From assembly GCF_963921235.1 (NCBI RefSeq), contig NC_086108.1:46688001-46752000 (forward strand): a stretch of 64,000 nt of DNA, in the 5' to 3' direction. The stretch's first letter is position 1; each line of letters opens with the position of its first letter. This document shows, piece after piece, positions 12,256 through 24,863 of the stretch. The translations under genes were made by a program, and so were the position numbers. The notes under the pieces are model-generated. The model did not search any database. It was not told the origin of the DNA and saw only the letters and a list, made by a program, of their open reading frames with translations. Source of the stretch: Mobula hypostoma (taxonomy: Eukaryota).

Positions 12256-13181
12256 CAAAATCACAAAATCCAGTGTTTTTATCAGTTGTGAAGAACCTTT
12301 GCCCTGTTGTAACAAGAGTAAGGAGACATAATCAAATACAAAAGATCAAGCTAAAAGGGGCAGTAAGGTGCTGCAGAGGAATTATGACCACCAATCTAAA
12401 GAAAGCAAACATATACCTAGCAAAAGAGAAGGGTTAAGTGAAGTATTAAAAGACATGAAGGTGTGAAATTGATTCTCAAATAGAAATCTGATGTAGAGGG
12501 ATTAATTCATTTAGGAAAATTCTGGATAAAAATTCTTATTATCAGCAGGTCTTGGCTGGAATGATCACAAACTACAGGAGATTAATGGATCCTACATCTT
12601 TTGGACCAGATAAAGAGTGAAAAGTTTACATATGATAACGGTAAAGCAATACTCTTTCGAAGTGGCGAGTGGGAAGGAGTAACATATTGCTACCCACTTA
12701 ATTATTTTTGAGTATCAGAAAGGATTTAAACAGAATTTTGCAGGAAATAAAATGCAGGATAAACTTGAGAATAAGTGGAATTTACACTCAGCTTTCATAT
12801 TCATAGTGATCCATATTCATGCTGATGGATTGTAGGATAAGACCAAGATTTATAATTTTTCTGTGTTGTAGCTTGTCTCGAGAGATATCTTTAGAAACAT
12901 TCTCTACAGTTGAGATGATTGCAGTTTTTCATGTGCAAAATACACAGCGCTTTTGGAAGTCTTTAAGGATTTGAAACATGATTTCACAAATAAACCAAAA
13001 TTGCTTTATTTATCTATTGTTATTAAACTAGTGACAGCAACATCATACAGAACAGTAATACTAATCAGTGTTAAGTTTAAGTGTATTAATAACGAAAATA
13101 TTTTCATCTATTTGACACAATTCAAAGTTCAAAAACAAATGTATGCTTTCATGTTTTCCCTAGTTTTAAGAAAAACATATA

Positions 13182-14426
13182 CAAGACCAAAACATATGAG
13201 TTAAAGTAGCCACCTCAATATTACATCTATCACAAATAGGATTAATATTAGGAAAAATACAGGCTAATTTATCCTTTGACATATGTACCCGGTGTACTAC
13301 CTTGAACTGTATCAAGAAATGACGGGCACAAATAGATGACGTATTTACCAAATGAAAAATTTTATCCCATTGATTATCTGAAAGTGACTCTCAAAATTCC
13401 AATTCCCACGCACCTTTAATTTTATCGTTAGATACCTTTCGCGAATTCAATAACCATTTATAAATTATAGCTATCAGTAACCTGAAAAAGAGTATCTATC
13501 ATATTGGGTGGATAAGCAGAGGGAAAATTTGGAAGTAAACTACGTAAAAAATTCCTAATTTGTAAATATCTAAAAAAGTGTGCATTAGATAAATCATATT
13601 TGTCCACTGAGCGAGACATTAAACCATCCTCCATAAACAAATCCAAAAAAGTTATTAGTCCTTTGGTTTTCCAAATTAAAAATGAATGATCGGAAATTGA
13701 TTTTCAAATAGATAATTTTTGGAAAGATGTCTTTAAAACTTTAACAAAAGTTTTGAATTTGGACCTACAACCGAATTTATTTACAGCAATTTTTGGGATC
13801 ATTCCACCGGAAGCAGGATATGTTCCTGTTTCCGCTCAATGGATGATAGCATTTACAACTTTATTGGCTAGGAGAGCCATTTTGCTTAAATGGAAGGACT
13901 CTAATCCACCTACTGTTTTATATTGGCTTTCCTCGATTACGTCCTGTCTAAGTTTACAGAAAATAAGAAGTCGAACATTTGATACATCCTTTAAATTTGA
14001 AGAAACCTGCTGACCTTTTTATTCAATATTTTCATATGGTTTGATTTATTGCTCTTGCAGCTACTTTCTTGAAACTTTGGATTTGATCAGAAAGCTTTTC
14101 TTTTTTCTTACTTCATTCTCAATATGGGCTATCCAGTGCCCTTTTTTTTTCTTTTTTATTATTTTTTGTTTTTGTTCATAGAGAATAGTGAATTTTTTCC
14201 TATATATAAAATCATAAAAGTTTCTTTATCTTTTTTCTCTTTTTATGAAATGATAAGAGGAGTATTTTATTTTTATTACATACTATTAGATTAATACTAT
14301 GTATGATCTTGATAATGTTTATTTTACCTTTTATATGTATTGATATTGATATAGATATCTGAGGTAATCCTTCTCTTGTTTGTATATGTGTACTTTTTTA
14401 AAAATCAATAAAAAGATTGATAAAGA
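13182..14426 (+). mobile_element. 5'-inverted (twin-primed) L1 fragment with poly(A) tail and 14-bp TSD
   Basis: Minus segment ends ..CDRC..THMFWSC and the plus segment continues (DN)FWKDVF..IFG..RRAILLKWK. TSD aagaaaaa(c/g)atata at 13168-13181 and 14427-14440. Confidence 0.9.
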
Positions 14427-15029
14427 AAGAAAAAGATATAAGCTTTTGTAGAAGAACAGGATTGAACAGTTCAGCTAATTTTAATGATTTTCTGACTTGG
14501 GTTCTTATCTTTGGTTGTCTCCTCACTTTATCTTCCTTTCTTCCTTAAATCTCCAGTGTTTCTTATTCAGGTAAACCATGTTCAACCTGAAATGACTGAG
14601 CTATTACAGCTAAGCCTCTACAAACATTCATAGCAATCTTATCACTGTCAATCAATTAAAGTCTTAGCCTGAAATAACATACCAGCAAAATTGTAGTTAA
14701 CAAAGAAATTAATGTACAGTGGATTCAGGAAAATTGGGCCATTGGTTAATCGGGTCAGCCATTTATTTGGGACAATGCTTAAATAACAAACTCTTAATTC
14801 AGAAAATAGTTGGGATTTCCTTCATTTAATTGGGACACTATGCCCCTTAACTTGGGCAGGAGACTATTGCCGAACAGTTTCCAACTAGCGTCAGTCACAT
14901 GCACTTGGGTGGCCATTAGACACTACACTGTGCTAAGAGTGAAACAGTTCTTAAATACTGTCAGTTGTGTATGTTTGTGTTCAAAAAGCACTGATAGTTG
15001 GCGAGAAATAAGCAGAAACATAATTTAGA

Positions 15030-16680
15030 AACATGAGAAAGTCTGCAGATGCTGGAAATCCAAAGAATCACAGACAAGATGCTGCGGGAACTCAGCAGGT
15101 CAGGTAGCATCTATGGAAATGAATAAACAGTCAATATTTCAGAATGAGACCCTTCCTCAGGTCAGAGAAGGAAGGGGAAGGATGCCAGAATAAAAAGGTT
15201 GGGGGGGAGGTGAGGGAAAGAGGCTATCTGGAAGGTGATAGGTGAAGCCAGGTCGGTGGGAAAGGGCGAGAGAAAAAGGAATCTGATAGGGGAGGAGAGT
15301 AGACTATAGGAGAAAGAGGATTTACTAGAATGTTACCTAGGTTTCATCTCCTAAGTTACAGAGAAAGGTTGAACAAGTTGGGTCTTTATTCTTTGGAGCG
15401 TAGAAGGTTCAGGGGGACTTGATAGAGGTATTTAAAATTATGAGGGGGATAGATAGAGTTGACATGGATAGGCTTTTTCCATTGAGAGTGGGGGAGATTC
15501 AAACAAGAGGACATGAGTTGAGAGTTAAAGGGCAAAAGTTTAGGGGTAACATGACGGAGAACTTCTTTACTCAGAGAGTGGTAGCTGAGTGGACGAGCTT
15601 CCAGCAGAAGTGGTTGAGGCAGGATCGATGTTGTTATTTAAAGTTAAATTGGATAGCTATATAGACAGGAAAGGAATGGAGGGTTATGGGCTGAGTGCAG
15701 ATCGGTGGGACTAGGTGAGAGTAAGAGTTTGGCACGGACTAGAAGGGCCGATATGGCCTGTTTCCGTGCTGTAATTGTTATATGGTTATATGGAGAGACC
15801 CATAGGGAGTTGACAGGCAGGTGAGAAAAGGTAAAAAGTCAGAGAAGGGAAAAGAAGAGGGGAGCAGAGGGTGGAAATATTTTTACTGGAAGGAAAAATC
15901 AGGTTGGGAACTAAACAGACAGAATATGAGGTGTATAGAATATTGCTCCTCCACCCTGAGGGTGGCCTCATCCTTGGCACAAGAGGAGGCCATGCATCAA
16001 CATGTCAGTACGGGAACGAGAATTGGAATTAAAATGTTTGGCTTCCGGGAAGTTCTATTTATGGCAGATGGAGCAGAGGAACTCGATGAAACGGTCCCCA
16101 ATTTACAACGGGTATCACCAATGTAGAGCAGGCCACATCAGGAGCACCGGACGCAATAGACGGCAACAGTAGCTTTACAGGTTAAGTGTTGCCTCACCTG
16201 GAAGGACTGTTTGGGGCCCCGAATGGAGGTGAGGGAGGAGATGTATGGGCAGGTGAAGCACTTTGGCTGCTTGCAGGGATAAGCGTTAGGAGAAAAATTA
16301 GTGGTAAGGGACAAGGAAATCGTGGAGGGAGTGATCCCTGCGGAAAGCAGAGAGGGGGGAGGTTAAGATATGTTTGGTGGTAGGATCCATTTGGAGATGG
16401 CGGAAGTTGCACAGGATGACGTGTTGGATGCAGAGGCTGATGAGGTGGTAGGTAAAGGACAAAAGAAACTCTATCCCTGTTACGGCGGCGGGAAGACAGG
16501 GTGAGCATAAATGTTCAGTAAAAGGAGGGGATGCAGGTGAGAACAGCATCAATAGTAGAGGGAGGGAACCCCCGTTCTTTGAAGAATGAAGCCATCCCCG
16601 ATGTTCTGAAACAGAAAATCATGTTCTGGGAACAGATGCAGTGGAGATGAAGGAACTGAGAAAAGCAAATAGCGTTTTTG
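15030..16680 (-). mobile_element. Penelope-like element (RT/GIY-YIG 3' part + pseudo-LTR) nested in the MITE
   Basis: NAICFSQFL..ICSQ..FFKERGFPPSTID, RDRVSFVL, FRHLQMDPTTKHI..SAFRRDHSLHD motifs. Confidence 0.8.
15316..15790 (+). mobile_element. CR1 LINE 3' end nested in the PLE
   Basis: RFTRMLP..RLNKLGLYSLE..DLIEVFKIMRGIDRVD..TRGHELRVKG; short atggtt-repeat tail. Confidence 0.85.
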
Positions 16681-17718
16681 AAGGAACTCAGAAAAGAACA
16701 ATTTGGAACAGTTTTAGTCATTGCAGTTTCAAGCATTCAGGCTTGGTGATGTCAGAAATGACCAGGAGTAAAAATGAAATGATTTCACTGCCTTAACAAG
16801 TTAGGAATTATGAAGAATTTGAAGTTATAATCATCTTGAAAGTTACAGTGAAAATGAAGATTTGGAGGATGCAATCACCTAAAGCATTATATGAAGGCAG
16901 TCCACTACTTCCACTATGTGTCTGCACTGATTTTGTTTATTTACAGTCAATCAAATGAACATGTCAAATAGTCCTCTCTCGATAACTGTTAGGAAGTAAT
17001 GCACAGTTTTGTAGTACTGTAGAGGTATTAGTAGTGTTCTACGTTGTTCTGTATTTCATTTAAATACATAAATCATTATTCAGTTAAATGGTAGTCTTTT
17101 TTAATACCTTTTTAACTATTTCCATGAAACTTCAGCTAATTGGGGCAGCTGCTTAATTAGTCCAAGATTTGTCCCAATTTGTCCCAATTAACCAGAATCC
17201 ATTGCATTTGTATAACAATTTTAAAAATGTTATTAAACTGTTATAAATGAATAGCAGTTAATCCCACTTTTGTTCTACATTGCTTGACTAGAGAATTGTC
17301 CCAGAAATTATTAACATATCAATCATGTAAATTTATATTTAATTCATCACATTAAGAAAGTAAAACTTACTTTTTATTCAATGCATTTATGGTTTGTTGA
17401 TCAAAGCCATCTTTATCCTTGAGAATGACAGGCACTTCTTAGGAGTACATGTCTTGCCATGTAAATTGCCTATATATTCACCCATGCCATTTGAGACTAC
17501 TTTAATAATATAATTTCAGGTTAGACTGTACAATACCATTAATTCAACAATTTTGATAAATTTTATCTTTTTAATCAATCCCATCATTTAGTATACTCTC
17601 CAAGAAATTGGCAATGGTATTGTAAGGCACAACATTTTGTTGCCTCTCCAAGACTGAGCAGACAGTAAATGAAAGTTGCTGGTGACTATAACCTAGTCCT
17701 GGTAAATTGAAATCTTAC

Positions 17719-17864
17719 TTTTTTCTGCATCTGGGTGCAACTGCTGTAGCTCTTTTGTCTTCAACTCTAGAGTCATGTCCTTGATCTTATCCAAAGCTTC
17801 CTGCAGGTTAGCTTCTAGAGAACTTGCCCGTTCCTCTGCTTGCAAGGCACGCTGCTCTGCTTCT
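17719..17864 (-). CDS. AXDND1: AXDND1-like exon (146 bp, phase 2 to 1): EAEQRALQAEERASSLEANLQEALDKIKDMTLELKTKELQQLHPDAEK
   Basis: ctaactttggcag| acceptor and |gtaaga donor. Coiled-coil peptide resembling the recalled human EVENRARQAEEK segment. Confidence 0.88.
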
Positions 17865-19008
17865 CTGCCAAAGTTAGGATGAAGTGATAATTATCAAAAT
17901 GAATAAAAACTACAATGCCATCGCGGGTGATAAAATATGGGAAAATGGTTTATACCAGTCATGACTGTGACAGAAACAGTTGATTTAAAAGAGACTTAAA
18001 GCCAACAAATCATTTGACCTCTGATTTGCTTGGTTGCCTGAATGTTGGCCTTTAGCAACGTGTACAAGCACACCAAGGTCTCTTTGAATATCAACACTAT
18101 GTAATCTCAGATCACTTAAAAAAAACTCTACTTTCTTGTCAATATACAATGAAATCCTGATGCAAGGTTTTAACCCAACACAGATGTCACTCAGATCACT
18201 GAGATCCTCCAGCAGATCATATAGCAAAGCTGCACAAGTGAATTACATGAAACAATAAACAGTTCATATAGAGTTGTCAGGCTTTCATGCAATATTAACT
18301 GTTTACAAACTTCCCTATGGCTACCTAATTAAGGGAATATCTGACCAAATAAATAGGATAATCCCTGATTCAATGCTTAATGTGCTGCTGGCTTCTGAGG
18401 GAAATTAATTCTTCTAATTTTATCTACTAAACCCCTTCATTAATTTGAATACTTCTGCAAAGTATCTGCGCTAAAAGGAGAATAAACAGAGTTTCTCTAA
18501 GCTCATCATATAGCTAAGGTGCTTCATCCTGGCATTCTTCGTAAACCTCCTCACCATCCACTCCAAAGCATTCCAGTACTTTGGCAACACCTCTGCATCT
18601 AAAGAAGATTAAGGTATTGTGGGTTTTTTTTTCCTTTATACGATGTTTACATCACCAAGATGTAGAACCAACAGAGTATGGACAACTGTTCAGCTACTTT
18701 CATTTTTTTGCTCAAGTATGACAAAGCAGATCATGTTTGATGTTACAAGGAGCTGCATTCTAGGTAATTAAACCAAATCATGAAACTCAGGGTAGCCTGA
18801 AAAATCAGTACTTACTAAGATTGTATTAAACCCATAAGAAATCCATTACCCTAACACATATTAATCAAATATTTACTATGAGTATGTGTTTGTCAGAAAT
18901 ATATATGGCTGTGCTGTAATGCAGTGACACCTGAAATAATACCACCAGTATTGCAAACAAATTTAGCAAGTTTTTAAACTGAATCAAGAAGCATAAATAG
19001 CTACTCAC

Positions 19009-19100
19009 ATGAGCTGCTTCTGTAACACTCCCACTTCAACTAGTGCCTCATAATTCCTCATTGCCTTGGGCTTCACAGGTAGAACAACATCAAAATCAGC
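19009..19100 (-). CDS. AXDND1: AXDND1-like exon (92 bp, phase 0 to 2): ADFDVVLPVKPKAMRNYEALVEVGVLQKQL(I)
   Basis: ttgattccag| acceptor and |gtgagt donor; phases join both neighbouring exons. Confidence 0.87.
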
Positions 19101-19789
19101 CTGGAATCAAATGTATACCTTTCAGATTAGGAGTGGAACTACTGGACAAGTTTCAGTTGGTGGCAATCTTCTGCAATGTGAAGCAAAGATATCACACATT
19201 CTTCAAGCAGATTTTGCTGTAAGTGCATGACACCGATATTCAACACTCAATTTGCCAGGTATAACTTTCTGCCGATTTTAAAATATGCTTGTGTGCACTT
19301 CCGCTCTCAATTTTTTTTTTCACTAAATGCACATTTGAATTTGAAGTCTTATGAGGATTAGAAGAACTCAAACTGTTTTATGATAATATCTTTATGGCAT
19401 GGGTTTCACATTTATTAATTATATGAATTGGCTGATAGCTTCACAGTGGCCAGTAACAGACAGATTCCAATCACAGTGATATAGATCTATTTACATAATA
19501 TTCCAGAGCACTGCTAATGACACAGCATGAGAGAACAGGATAGAATTTGGAATACAAGTTGTGGGTGAAAGGTATGAAGTATGTGTTGTCGCAGCTGGCT
19601 ACTTCTGAGAGCAGCTGGGTAAAGATTTTAAATTCTTAAATTGCTTCAGCGTTATGGCATGGAACCAATATACTCCACAGGGTGAGCTTTGGAAATGTTA
19701 CCATTATCACCGCATTATTGATTGGAAACATTGTAAAACATTCTCTGATTACTACTGCCCACTCTAAATAGGACCTTTTTTTTTATATT

Positions 19790-20866
19790 GAGTGGATTCC
19801 GGTTAATTGGGATACATTGGGACCAGTACATTTTGGCCCAATTAAGTGGCTGCCCAAATTAGCTAAAGTTTAATCAAAATAGTTCAAAAGATATAAAAAC
19901 AGACAAATTACTGTTTAACTGAGTAACAAATAATGTTTTTGAAAGAAATACAGAACAATTTAGAACACTACCAATACTATTGGTGGTTATCCATCGTTTC
20001 TAACAATGCCAGGAAATCTGTGTGAGAGAGTCTTTAAAGTGGAAAAGCTTTTGCACTGGGACAGTGCTTCTCTCTCAACCTCAGAAGTCTGGGTCCAGTG
20101 CTACAAGTGAATGTTATATCTGGATTTTTCCCTGGTTACAGTAGATGACCATGACTCCTGTAACTCGTGATGCTCCTCGCTCTCCATGTAGTGTTGCAGA
20201 ACCATCTTCCTAGCCATTGGATCTCATCCACTCAGTCTGCCGGAGCTGACTTTGGATGTAGGACAGGCATGTCCCTATTTCACCATGGTATGAGAATTGT
20301 CCGCTACCCTCACCTGGTTTAGCCCACCTTTCAAAGCTGTGTACCGGGATGTGGCTGCTATCACATGCAAACAGCTGTTGGAGCCACAGATGAGACCTGA
20401 GTGTCTGGTGGGGACCAAAAGTAACAGTCAAGATGTTGTTGAGACCTACAAATTCTTCATAATTTCTAATTTGTTGAGGTGATGAAATCATTTCATTTTC
20501 ACTCCTGGCTGTTATTGGCATTTCCAAGTCTGAATGCTTGAAACCACAGTGAGCAAAACAGTTCTGAATTGTCTTACTGCTTATTTCTCACCAACTATCA
20601 GTGACAAAAATCATTGCTTTTTGAACACAAACCTACACAACTGATGGGTTAAGCATTGTGTGTCTAATGGCCACACAAGCACACGTGACTGATGGTACTT
20701 AGAAACTGTTCAGCAACAGTCTCTTGTCACAATTAAGCAGTATAGTGTCCCAAATAAATGAAGAGCATCACAGCTATTTTTTTCCAATTAGTTTTTATTC
20801 TTTAAGAGTTGCCCCAAATAAGCAGCTGCCTGATTCACCAATGGCCCAATGAACCAGAATCCACTG
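19790..20866 (-). mobile_element. Second copy of the pogo/Tigger-like non-autonomous element (inverted), with a ~430-bp internal insertion (~19982-20420)
   Basis: TIRs agtggattccggttaattggg and cccaatgaaccagaatccactg|ta. The interior is the reverse complement of 14717-15030 and 16690-17204. Confidence 0.7.
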
Positions 20867-21624
20867 TAGCTGATGGCTGGCTGAAATAAGTCAAGGGGAG
20901 AACACTGATAACTTACTTGAAATTCAATAGATTGGGAGAAAAATATACTTCTTAAAATTTTCACTATGTAAAACATAAAACTGTGAATAATATTGTGATT
21001 TGCTAGCTCAGCTTGCCTCACTTTATCTTTCTCTGGCTACATATTCATTAATAGTTAAGAATAAAGAGTACAGCTGTATAAATTGAAGCCATCAGCTACC
21101 TGTAATGTGAGAGCACAGGATTGCAACAGTACAAGGAACCCCAACACCATATTATGAAGAAAAGTGTGCGGGAGTTAAGCAACGATGAGAGTACAGAAAA
21201 TGCTGGACCCAAACTAGCATTTACTAAAGCAAATGCACATCCTGTGGTACATCTTGTAATAGTCATAAAGTATATTTCTTACCATGAAATTCATTAGGGT
21301 TAATCTGATTAGTTGTGTGAGTTGAGTGATAAATGCTGAACAAATTACTGCAGCAGCAATATTTTTAATTGAAGTACAACATAATCATTTTTAGGCCAGA
21401 TTAATTCAGCATGCCATCTTCAATTCTGGCAAAGCAACTGTGTTCAAAATGAAAATAAAGTCAGTTTGGACTATTCTTCTAAACTGTAATACAGGGTTTG
21501 CACCTGTGACTGCTCATTAAGAAAGTATGATATAAAAATGAGGATATTCAGAAAGTTTGATCAAACAGGTCATAGTATTAGCATACTTTTCTGTAGTGAG
21601 CATACATATTAATTATTGTTTTAC

Positions 21625-21753
21625 CTTCTCAACTGGCAGGGGAGTTCCTTTCAAGTCTATCTCATGGATGTTAGTATCTTCACCAATATATGCTATAGTA
21701 GATATAAATGGGCTCTGAAAGTCTTTAATTTCCATTATTCCAAAACTTTTACC
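21625..21753 (-). CDS. AXDND1: AXDND1-like exon (129 bp, phase 0 to 0): GKSFGIMEIKDFQSPFISTIAYIGEDTNIHEIDLKGTPLPVEK
   Basis: ttaattcatacag| acceptor and AAG|gtaaaa donor. YIGEDTNIH resembles the recalled human FIGEDENVH. Confidence 0.85.
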
Positions 21754-22394
21754 CTGTATGAATTAAGACAATGTTAGAATGGAGGATTTCTGTTCAAAAT
21801 TCTTCTCCAGAGTGAAAATAATAACCCGTCAAGGGGAAAACATCAATGCTATAAAAATATGCAATAAATTAACTATCGAAAAACTTTAAGTTTCTTTAAT
21901 GCCAATATAATTTGAAAAGTATTGTGAATAGAACAAGAGCATTCATTTTATTTGTACATTTGAAAATGAATTCAATAGCCAAGCAAAAAAATGAAAGGTT
22001 ATGAACAGTTGAGCTAGTAGTCAAAATAGATGGAAAGGGCCAGATAAAAGTTCATTCTCTGCTTTCCACACTTGAATCTATTGTAAAACCTAAGACAAAC
22101 TGAAGAACTAATGGGTCAGAAAAGAAAATAAAATCTCACTTCAACAACCAGAAACAGAATTCTTAATATCAGGTTGTGAGCTAAAGGAAAAGACAGCAGA
22201 ACTGATTACTGAGTATTGATGTGATCAAGAAATTGTTTTAAAGGAAGAGGTGTATTAACTTTCACCCTGTTTGATCATCCAAGGAATGGGTGATTTGTTA
22301 TTGTTCATGTTTTCGTTGAACTATTTTTTAATTAAGCGTAATAGGATATTATAAATGTTATTTGTCAATAAGTAATGTTTATTTATCTCTAGGG

Positions 22395-22630
22395 ATGCCG
22401 CAGTAGCCTAGCAGTTACCATAATGCTATTACAGTGCCATAGACCCCGGTTCCATTCCTGCTGCTGTCTGTAAGGAGTTTGATCATTCTCCCTGTGACTA
22501 CGCGGGTTTCCTCCGAGCGTTCTGGTTTCCTCTGACATTCCAAAGATGTACAGGTCATGTGAGTGTAATTGGTTGGCATGTGCTTTTTGGGCCAGAAGGG
22601 CCTGTTACTGTGATGCACCTCCAAATAAAA
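22395..22630 (+). mobile_element. tRNA-derived V-SINE (HE1-like)
   Basis: B-box-like ggttccattcc followed by the V-domain-like gggtttcctccgagcgttctggtttcctc..cattccaaaga. Confidence 0.65.
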
Positions 22631-23149
22631 AGAAATAAAAGCATAACACAAAAGATAGTAGGACCAGGACGACCTTACATGCATAAACCAATAAGGAAGT
22701 CTCAAATATAGTGCACAATAAAAGGTGCAGGATTTGAATTCCCTGAGGATGAACAGCAGAGCCCAATCCTGCTGGGTTCCCTATTATTCCAGCTCCCAGG
22801 TCCTAAGGCCCAACTAGACCTGGGACAGGAATCATAAGCCATTGACTGCAATAGATTCAGGAGGCTGAGGAGAAGAAAGGTACGCTTTAATTTAAATTAT
22901 TTATGTTTTAGGTTTGTTCCTGTTTTATCTAAAATTATTTATTATAAAATAATACTAATAATACAAAATTTTAATGGCTTATGAATGCTAGTCCTGATAT
23001 CACTCAAGCCATGTCACTTCAGGGATGCAAGACAGGCTTTCCACATCCAATCGAAGTTAATTTCAAGTGCAGGGAAGCCACAGACAGCAGCCCAAGGCAG
23101 CAAATATACAGTATGGTCATAGACAAAGGTTTAAAGATTAGCTTTAGAA

Positions 23150-23700
23150 ACAAAGAAACATAGAAAACCTACAGCACAATACAGGCCCTTCGGCTCTAAG
23201 AAGGGCCCTATATAGCTGCAACATTACCTCTCGGCTCCTAAATTCAATTCCATGATTGATTAAGGCCAATACACCATATACCTTCTTAACCACACAGTCA
23301 ACCTCTGCAGCTGCTTTGAGCGTCCTATGGACTCAGACCCCAAGATCCCTCTGATCCTCCACACTGCCAAGAGTCTTACCATTAATACTATATTCTGCCA
23401 TCATATTTGAGCTACCAAACTGAACCACCTCACACTTATCTGGGATGAACTCCATCTGCCACTTCTCAGCCAGTTTTGCATCCTATCAATATTCTGCTGT
23501 AACCTCTGACAGCCCTCCACACTATCCACAACACCTCCAACCTTTGTGTCACCAGCAAACTTACTAACCCATCCCTCCACTTCCTCATCCAGGTCGTTTA
23601 TAAAAATCATGAAGAGCAAGGGTCCCAGAACAGATCCCTGAGGCACACCACTGGTCACCGACCTCCATGCAGAATATGACCCACCTACAACCACCCTTTG
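23150..23700 (-). mobile_element. CR1 LINE fragment, internally deleted
   Basis: SVTSGVPQGSVLGPLLFMIFINDLDEEVEGWVSKFAGDTK; agaaacatag-type tail at the left end. Confidence 0.85.
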
Positions 23701-24133
23701 CCTTGTTTACTTGTTACATGTACATCAAAACACACAGTGAGATGTGTCGTTTGTGTCAACAACCAACACAGTCAGAGGTCTGTGGTGAGGGAAGTCTGCA
23801 AGTGTTGCCACACTTCCGGTGCCAACATATCCTGCCCACAACGCATTCATCTTACCCTAACCATCTGTCTTTGGAATTAAGGAGGAAATATGAGTAAATG
23901 CACACAGTCATGGGAAATATATACAAACTCCTACTGATTGGTATTTTCTTTTATTGCCTTTGCTATTTCCAGGAAACATGATCAAAGATAATTGTTTGCT
24001 CTTTTCAGTGAGTAAGCCATAACTGTAAAATTCATTGTTGTCTGAATTAGGATAGATTTTGAAGGTCATATGTTTAGATATTTCACCTAAGAGATGATCA
24101 CCAGCAAAGCAAGTGCTTGTGGTTTGACATTAC

Positions 24134-24229
24134 CTCGCCATCTACAGTGCTCTTAGCTCCATCTGTGCATTCAGGCTGTGGAGTTCTTCTGGTATCTGTA
24201 GTGTCCTCAACTTGCACAGTAGCAGATGT
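24134..24229 (-). CDS. AXDND1: AXDND1-like exon (96 bp, phase 0 to 0): TSATVQVEDTTDTRRTPQPECTDGAKSTVDGE
   Basis: tctttcttacttcaaactgcag| acceptor, GAG|gtaatg donor, open frame. Lies in a low-conservation linker, so support comes from splice signals only. Confidence 0.7.
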
Positions 24230-24833
24230 CTGCAGTTTGAAGTAAGAAAGACTGACACTGACAACTACATTGCAGAGAGTGACACAGCAGAACTATAACA
24301 TTTACGTTAATCATTCAGGAAACATGCGTTCGTGGGTTCAATTCAAATAGGAAATAAACTTAGCAGAGGGGACTTCTTGACAGCTAATTTATCCACAAAT
24401 TTCGAAGCCTTGGTAATATAAAACCTTCAGAGAGAAGAATGTTTCAAAGCCATAGGGCAAATGTTTTACTGTTTCAAATGGGCTTTTTTTATTGTGAATT
24501 TTAACTTAAATATCTCATTGCTTAAAATTATACCAAAAAACATTTACTTCATTAGAGTTAAAATCAGCCACAAATAAGAGCAAGTCACTCGATTATTCTT
24601 AACCAATCAATTACAGCACACAGTCAGAGAACAACCAAATGCCAATCCAAGAAGAAATAAGAACATAAAGAGATGAGGTGCAAACCAGCTGTGACCAATA
24701 GATACAGCATAGTAAATTGAAAGTGGTGCAAAATTGGCTGCCTAAAGAAAATATTAATGGAGATTATCACATTGGGTAGCAGTGTTACATCTACAGCAAT
24801 TATTGTATACTCTTCTGAGAGAGCCAAACTTAC

Positions 24834-24863
24834 GCCAGCTTCAGCTTCCTCAGAGCTCAATTC
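24834..24863 (-). CDS. AXDND1: Putative AXDND1 microexon (30 bp): ELSSEEAEAG
   Basis: cttctatctatatcacag| acceptor, consensus |gtaagt donor, phase 0-0; paralogous to 34641-34673. Confidence 0.6.

Larger units (their letters stand above)
14717..17204 (+). mobile_element. Tc1/mariner-superfamily (pogo/Tigger-like) non-autonomous element, interrupted by a PLE
   Basis: Terminal inverted repeats (TIRs) ta|cagtggattc..aattggg and cccaattaaccagaatccattg. The interior is homologous, in inverted orientation, to 19790-20866. Confidence 0.7.

Noticed and set aside
14480..14590. Candidate AXDND1 terminal exon after a tttcag acceptor
   Set aside because: In the required phase it gives an immediate stop; there is no supporting similarity.
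20370..20422. Possible HDV-like ribozyme at the end of an RTE-like insertion (similar idea at ~37430-37470)
   Set aside because: Could not build P1/P2/P4 by eye; it would need an RNArobo or Infernal search.
20788..21021. Minus-strand ORF containing a gtaagt donor-like site
   Set aside because: No convincing acceptor, AT-rich composition, and it runs into a MITE.
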